Below are positions 59,526 through 64,000 of a stretch of DNA of 64,000 nt, one piece after another (positions within the stretch are counted from its first letter, which is position 1; every line of letters begins with the position of its first letter). Location of the stretch: contig CAYYNQ010000048.1 of assembly GCA_964473105.1 (NCBI GenBank), positions 97,709 to 161,708 of the forward strand, given 5' to 3'. The notes beneath the pieces are model-generated. The model ran no database searches and was not told where the DNA came from. It saw only the letters and a list, made by a program, of their open reading frames with translations. A program made the translations under genes and the position numbers. Source of the DNA: an uncultured Candidatus Sumerlaeota bacterium. GTDB taxonomy: Bacteria; Sumerlaeota; Sumerlaeia; MVZB01.

Positions 59526-61961
59526 TCATGTATCCCCAACAACCCGTCGGCTCGATACAACCTTATCGGGCCCGAGGGCATTGTGGAGTTCACGTAGGAC
59601 TATCCCCTTGGTCAGAAACTTCGGCAGAATGACCGGCTGATCGGCCCGGCCCGGCGGCAATAAGACATAAAATGGAACACCGCTTTCACCAAACTGGTTT
59701 AGAACCTTGAGTATAACCTCGTCTTTCCGTGTCCAGTCCGCCTTGACGGGAATGACGCCATATTTCTCCATGGTTGCACGGACTTCCCCGGTATCGAGCG
59801 CGGTTTTCTCATTGTACTTGCATGACGCACACCAGTCGGCCGTGAAATCAATAAATATGGGTTTGTTTTCCCGCACCATTTGCTCAATTGCATCAATGTC
59901 AAACGAAACCCAGGGAATGACGTCTTCATCCGCCACGAAAATACGAGCCTGTGGGCCGAAATTCACCAGATTTTTATCATGGGAACTGATATACCGGTAG
60001 GGCAGGAAATAAAAACTCAGGGCCAGAATCGCCGTGACAAGCCATGGGGTCGTTCGCCGGAAATTACGGGAAGCCCTCAGGTCTGTTCCCCTGCCGTACA
60101 ACCATGCAACCAGGCCTACTACCACAAGAAATATGATAGTCGCCCAGAAACCGGCTCGGCTGACTTGGCCAGCAACAACAAAAAGCAGCCAGACCACCGT
60201 CGCTAAAAGTAACAGTCCCATGCACCCTTTGAATGTCGCCATCCAGTTACCAGGCCTGGGCAACCATCTCAGCCAGCCGGGATTCATGGACAACAGGAGA
60301 TATGGGAACGCAAGGCCCGACCCTGTCGTCAGAAAGAAGGCCAGAACCACAGGTCCCGATTTCGTGAACGCATAGCCCACGGCCGGGCCTAGAAATGGCG
60401 CGACACACGGCGTGGAGAGAGCCGTTGCCAAAACACCGTTCACAAAGGCACCCGCGTAACCCTCTTGTTGTGTGGCTGAACCGATGCTCTGATTCACCGA
60501 AGCGCTGAGATTGATCGAAAATACCCCAAACAAGCTGAGGCTGAAGGCCAGTACGGCCGCCGACATGATGATCACAAAAATGGGGTTTTGAAGGTGGAAT
60601 CCCCAGCCGACAGCCGTTCCAGCTGCACGCAATCCGATGACAGTCAGCGCCAAGACGGAAAACGAGGCCAGTATACCCAGCGTAAACATCAGCCCCATCC
60701 GAAATATCCTAGCCGGGTTATCATTCGCCTGCCTGACAAAACTCAAGATCTTGATCGAGATCACCGGAAGAACACACGGCATGACATTGAGAATTATACC
60801 TCCCAAAAAGGCAAGAAGCAGGAAATACCAAACCGATTGTTCATGGCGTTTCATTTCAAGAAAACTGAACCCACGCGGAATATCCTCCGGACCTGCACCC
60901 GGCTTTATGCCCTCGATACTGCCTATTGGATCCACAACAACCGATGGGACACTGGGAACAACCGCACGGACATCGCCGATCTGGGCGGTCAAGCTCAACT
61001 GCACCATGACTTCGGTCAAATCTGGTTCACCATCTTTCATGAGTGGAACACGGAGGACGCCGGCCAGTTCATGCCGGCCGTCTGCAACCCCCGGAGAAGG
61101 TATAACCGGCCAACTCAGCATTAATTTTCCATTCTCAACCAAGGCCTCACCGGCATGGGTGTTCTCCCAGCCCTCAACGGCATGGGGATACAAACCCGAT
61201 TGTAAATCCAGTCGCCCTGCCTCATCAGCAATCTTCCATCCTTCCCGAGGAGTGACCTCTAGATTCAAAACCGAGGTCTTACCGGAAACAAACTGGATGT
61301 CGTCAAGGCCGGGAATACGAATCTGCAACTGATTCGTCGTAATATGACCCGCTGGACCCGACCTCGGAACAAATACCGGAACACGTTCCGCGAAATAATC
61401 TATGTATTTTCTGTCATATGAAGGTTCTCCAGAACCGACGGGCAATCGTATGGACATGGATTCCCCGCCCGGAATACAGCTTTCCCTGCAAGCAAGCCAT
61501 TTAGTCAGGGCTTTCAATTCGATCGACTGATCAATGATGGTATCAGGAGGGGTCACTTCCACGAAAAGTACGGTTTCCCCGTGGTAACCATATCCTGTAA
61601 TCGCCGAGTCCCCGGAACCGGTCGTGAATTTTTCAGGTACAGGCCATTGAAGGGGCCCGACCTTCCAGCCCTCGGGCAGATCCCAGCGGATGTCGGTCGC
61701 CAAACCGATGTCGCCCCAGTTATGCCAGTAAATATGCCATTGGGGCTGCATTCGGTATCTCACCCCAAGCCGGAAGGGCTCGCCGGGTTGAACTGATTTA
61801 ATGTCGGCGATGAGGTCGGCCCCGACCTGAGATTTGGCGGGCTTAATACCATCAGGCATATTAATCCGTTCAAACTGACCGAAGGCGGTATGGCCTAGGA
61901 GCAGGCAGGCTATAAATGAAATCCAGTTCATGGAATGAAATGATGCTTGTCTTTGCTTCAT
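59526..61961 (-). CDS. dsbD: Thiol:disulfide interchange protein DsbD-like (extended N-terminal periplasmic region + 8-TM core + C-terminal thioredoxin domain)
   Basis: The TM core has paired cysteines (NVMPCVLP; STPCVAPF) and the C-terminal thioredoxin domain has DFTADWCASCK. The N-terminal periplasmic part is ~370 aa, against ~130 aa in E. coli DsbD, and carries a CRESC pair. Confidence 0.8.
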   Translation of the reverse strand: MKQRQASFHSMNWISFIACLLLGHTAFGQFERINMPDGIKPAKSQVGADLIADIKSVQPGEPFRLGVRYRMQPQWHIYWHNWGDIGLATDIRWDLPEGWKVGPLQWPVPEKFTTGSGDSAITGYGYHGETVLFVEVTPPDTIIDQSIELKALTKWLACRESCIPGGESMSIRLPVGSGEPSYDRKYIDYFAERVPVFVPRSGPAGHITTNQLQIRIPGLDDIQFVSGKTSVLNLEVTPREGWKIADEAGRLDLQSGLYPHAVEGWENTHAGEALVENGKLMLSWPVIPSPGVADGRHELAGVLRVPLMKDGEPDLTEVMVQLSLTAQIGDVRAVVPSVPSVVVDPIGSIEGIKPGAGPEDIPRGFSFLEMKRHEQSVWYFLLLAFLGGIILNVMPCVLPVISIKILSFVRQANDNPARIFRMGLMFTLGILASFSVLALTVIGLRAAGTAVGWGFHLQNPIFVIIMSAAVLAFSLSLFGVFSINLSASVNQSIGSATQQEGYAGAFVNGVLATALSTPCVAPFLGPAVGYAFTKSGPVVLAFFLTTGSGLAFPYLLLSMNPGWLRWLPRPGNWMATFKGCMGLLLLATVVWLLFVVAGQVSRAGFWATIIFLVVVGLVAWLYGRGTDLRASRNFRRTTPWLVTAILALSFYFLPYRYISSHDKNLVNFGPQARIFVADEDVIPWVSFDIDAIEQMVRENKPIFIDFTADWCASCKYNEKTALDTGEVRATMEKYGVIPVKADWTRKDEVILKVLNQFGESGVPFYVLLPPGRADQPVILPKFLTKGIVLRELHNALGPDKVVSSRRVVGDT

Positions 61962-62442
61962 GGACGAGACGAAACCAATCGGGCCAAGATTCCGGGAAAT
62001 CGTCGCACATTCCCGTTGGGGTGGTAAAGAAGCTAAATTCAGGTCAAGCCGGAAGCAAATTGGGGAACATGGGTAAATTCATGCATATATAGTTGATAAT
62101 AATATTTTTACATTGCCCACAGGAGGTGCCTCCAACTTGTACATTTTCAGAGATGATACGGCCGGCCTTGCGTGACATATCGTCTTCCCAGACAATGGGA
62201 TATAATTGAATCATTCTGCGCCAGCCGAGGAAAATTTTGACCGCATCAGACATGACCACAATCACCATATGCGTCTCGGATGAAGGAATAGACTCTTTTC
62301 AGATGATCAGTATGCCCTGCCTGATCCCTCCACGAATACGACCGCAGGCCATGCCGCAGTTTGCCATAAAATCGCAGAACCCGATCCGCCTCTCAAGCGG
62401 TGATCGGCCGGTCAACATACACCATGGGGACTATAACAGCCC

Positions 62443-63201
62443 CTAAAATGCCCAAATCATGTGACGGAACTCAACCCAGTTTCCCGCCCCCCAGTAATCC
62501 CTCCATTTTGCAAACAGATCCGCCTGGCCAATGCCCCAGTGACAGGACTGCAACCACAGGCCACACAAGGTGGAGCGGTGAAAATGCGTGACCTTTGCAT
62601 CGGCTGCATACCTGATATCCCATCCGGCATCAACCAACCGCCAGCAGAAGTCCGCGTCCTCTCCGGGATAAGGCAGACCTATATCAAGTCCACCAAGTTC
62701 AAGATATACGTCACGCCTCACCGTAAAGTTGGCAGTGAGCGCAAAGGGTCTTGTGAATTTTCCTCCGGCCTCAAGATATTTTTCCTGATCAAACCAACGA
62801 CGCACGGCAATGAACTCCTCCACATATGAACCGGTCCTGACATCGCATACGGCGCCGGGCACAAGGGCCACCTTTTCATCGGGCCGTAAATTATCAACAA
62901 CCCTTCGAACCTGCTCCAGCCAGTCGCTGTCGGGAACACAGTCGCTGTCGATAAATGCTATCCACTCTTCCCGTGCCTCCTCCGCCCCACGGTTCCGGGC
63001 TTGGCAGCGATTCGGTTCCGGCTCACTGACAACACGCGCCCCGGCCTCCCGCGCTGCTTGCGCTGTGTCATCCGTCGAGCCATTGTCCACGACAATCACT
63101 TCAAAATACTCCCGCGAACAGGCACCTCCGACTATCCCCTCGACACAGCGTCGAACAAATTCCGGACGGTTTCGAACAGGAATGACCACCGAGATACCCA
63201 T
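62443..63201 (-). CDS. Glycosyltransferase family 2
   Basis: ISVVIPVRNRPEFV...VVDNGSTDDT and DSDC (DxD) motifs. Confidence 0.8.
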   Translation of the reverse strand: MGISVVIPVRNRPEFVRRCVEGIVGGACSREYFEVIVVDNGSTDDTAQAAREAGARVVSEPEPNRCQARNRGAEEAREEWIAFIDSDCVPDSDWLEQVRRVVDNLRPDEKVALVPGAVCDVRTGSYVEEFIAVRRWFDQEKYLEAGGKFTRPFALTANFTVRRDVYLELGGLDIGLPYPGEDADFCWRLVDAGWDIRYAADAKVTHFHRSTLCGLWLQSCHWGIGQADLFAKWRDYWGAGNWVEFRHMIWAF

Positions 63202-63382
63202 AGGCTAACCCTAACGCAAAAAGAGAGGATGAGAAACCTTCATTTGATCAGGAGTGGACAAGGGAAGGTTCATCATTATCAACCAGACCGAGCTGACTGG
63301 GAAAAGGGTTTGAGTGGAAGATTGGGAGGGATTTCTCAATACTGATTACGATGGAGGGACAATGTGTTAAGATTCCGGAATC

Positions 63383-64000
63383 ATGAAAAACTATAATAGC
63401 ATAAGAGGAAAGTGGTATTGGCTGGTCCTGTCAGCTGTATTGTTCCTGCCAATATACGGGAGGTTTCTTGTTGGTTGGTCACCGGTCGGTGGTGACATCG
63501 TTAACCAATACCTGCCTTATCAGGAACTGATTCGTGAATCCGTACAACAGGGTCAACTGCCCCTATATAATGCGAAAACATTCTGCGGACGGCCCTTGAT
63601 GGCCGACATTCAGGTCGGCGTGCTATATCCGCCAAACTGGTTGCACTGGATCCTGCCTCTACCGATCTCATTCGCCCTGACTCTCGCACTTCACGGTTTC
63701 TGGATGATTTTCGGCTGCTTCATGTTGGGCCGATACTGGAAATTTCACCCTGCGGCGATCACTCTGGCAGCCGTCCTGTTCTGCGCGAACCCTTTCTTTA
63801 TACTCAGACTCAGTCAGGGAGTGATCCTCTTTATCTATGCGGGATCCTGGTGGCCGTGGATGGCGCTCTCCGTCGCTCGGCTGGTCAACAAGCCGTGCTT
63901 CGGACGCATGGCCGTATTTACCCTGTGCACCAGTATGTCCCTGCTAGCAGGTTCCCCCCAGATCACTTTTTATGGTTGGATCGGGACCTGTGTACTTGCC
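63383..64000 (+). CDS. YfhO-like polytopic membrane protein, 3' partial (runs off window end)
   Basis: An open frame runs from the ATG at ~63383 to the window end. Multiple TM helices and a YfhO-type motif QLPLYNAKTFCGRPLMADIQVGVLYPPNWLHW are present. It is divergent from the GT2 gene. Confidence 0.55.
   Translation, partial: MKNYNSIRGKWYWLVLSAVLFLPIYGRFLVGWSPVGGDIVNQYLPYQELIRESVQQGQLPLYNAKTFCGRPLMADIQVGVLYPPNWLHWILPLPISFALTLALHGFWMIFGCFMLGRYWKFHPAAITLAAVLFCANPFFILRLSQGVILFIYAGSWWPWMALSVARLVNKPCFGRMAVFTLCTSMSLLAGSPQITFYGWIGTCVLA

Noticed and set aside
1-64000. CRISPR arrays, rRNA, tRNA, transposase or integrase genes
   Set aside because: I looked for them but found no regularly spaced direct repeats, no rRNA or tRNA-like structure, and no transposase, integrase or phage-like ORF among the translated frames.

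Overview
This is a chromosomal segment of a diderm bacterium. Evidence for diderm status includes Pal, a fused SecDF, DsbD and lipoproteins. GC content looks moderate to high and TGA is the dominant stop codon. The 2-oxoglutarate:ferredoxin oxidoreductase genes (korAB), a ferredoxin and a sigma-54 two-component system suggest an anaerobic or microaerophilic lifestyle.

Most of the window is housekeeping genes: lipA, dtd, purC, pabA, a UbiA prenyltransferase, korAB, an MFS transporter, an AI-2E transporter, rmuC, the yajC/HD-domain/secDF group, rnhB, pal, fba, glgC, ilvD, a Gfo/Idh/MocA plus PhzF pair, a fused pabB-pabC gene, dsbD and a GT2/YfhO pair. A complete 5' part of the dcw cell-division cluster lies on the minus strand, in the order mraZ, rsmH, ftsL, ftsI, murE, murF, mraY.

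The non-housekeeping content is:
- A five-gene minus-strand cluster of unknown function (~24.0-29.9 kb): a secreted acidic protein, two small proteins that look paralogous, a 1078-aa coiled-coil lipoprotein and an unannotated 38-aa hydrophobic peptide. A 22-nt tandem direct repeat sits at its first start codon.
- A ~1000-aa secreted protein with internal SHV(L/V)xxDPGT-type repeats, next to a 1.3-kb divergent region that has no confident gene.
- A sensor kinase and sigma-54 response regulator translationally coupled to a novel membrane-anchored protein, with a candidate -24/-12 promoter upstream.
- A DUF4388 gene interrupted by a single in-frame TAG.
- An orphan Wzt-type ABC ATPase beside an AT-rich island.
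- An FtsI carrying a C-terminal PASTA domain, separated from ftsL by an unusual ~600-bp ORF-less gap.
- An MraZ with a long Q/P/M-rich tail.

No CRISPR array, tRNA or rRNA was found. CDS coordinates rest mainly on the supplied ORF track; the fine positions I derived for starts and small motifs may be off by 1-2 nt.
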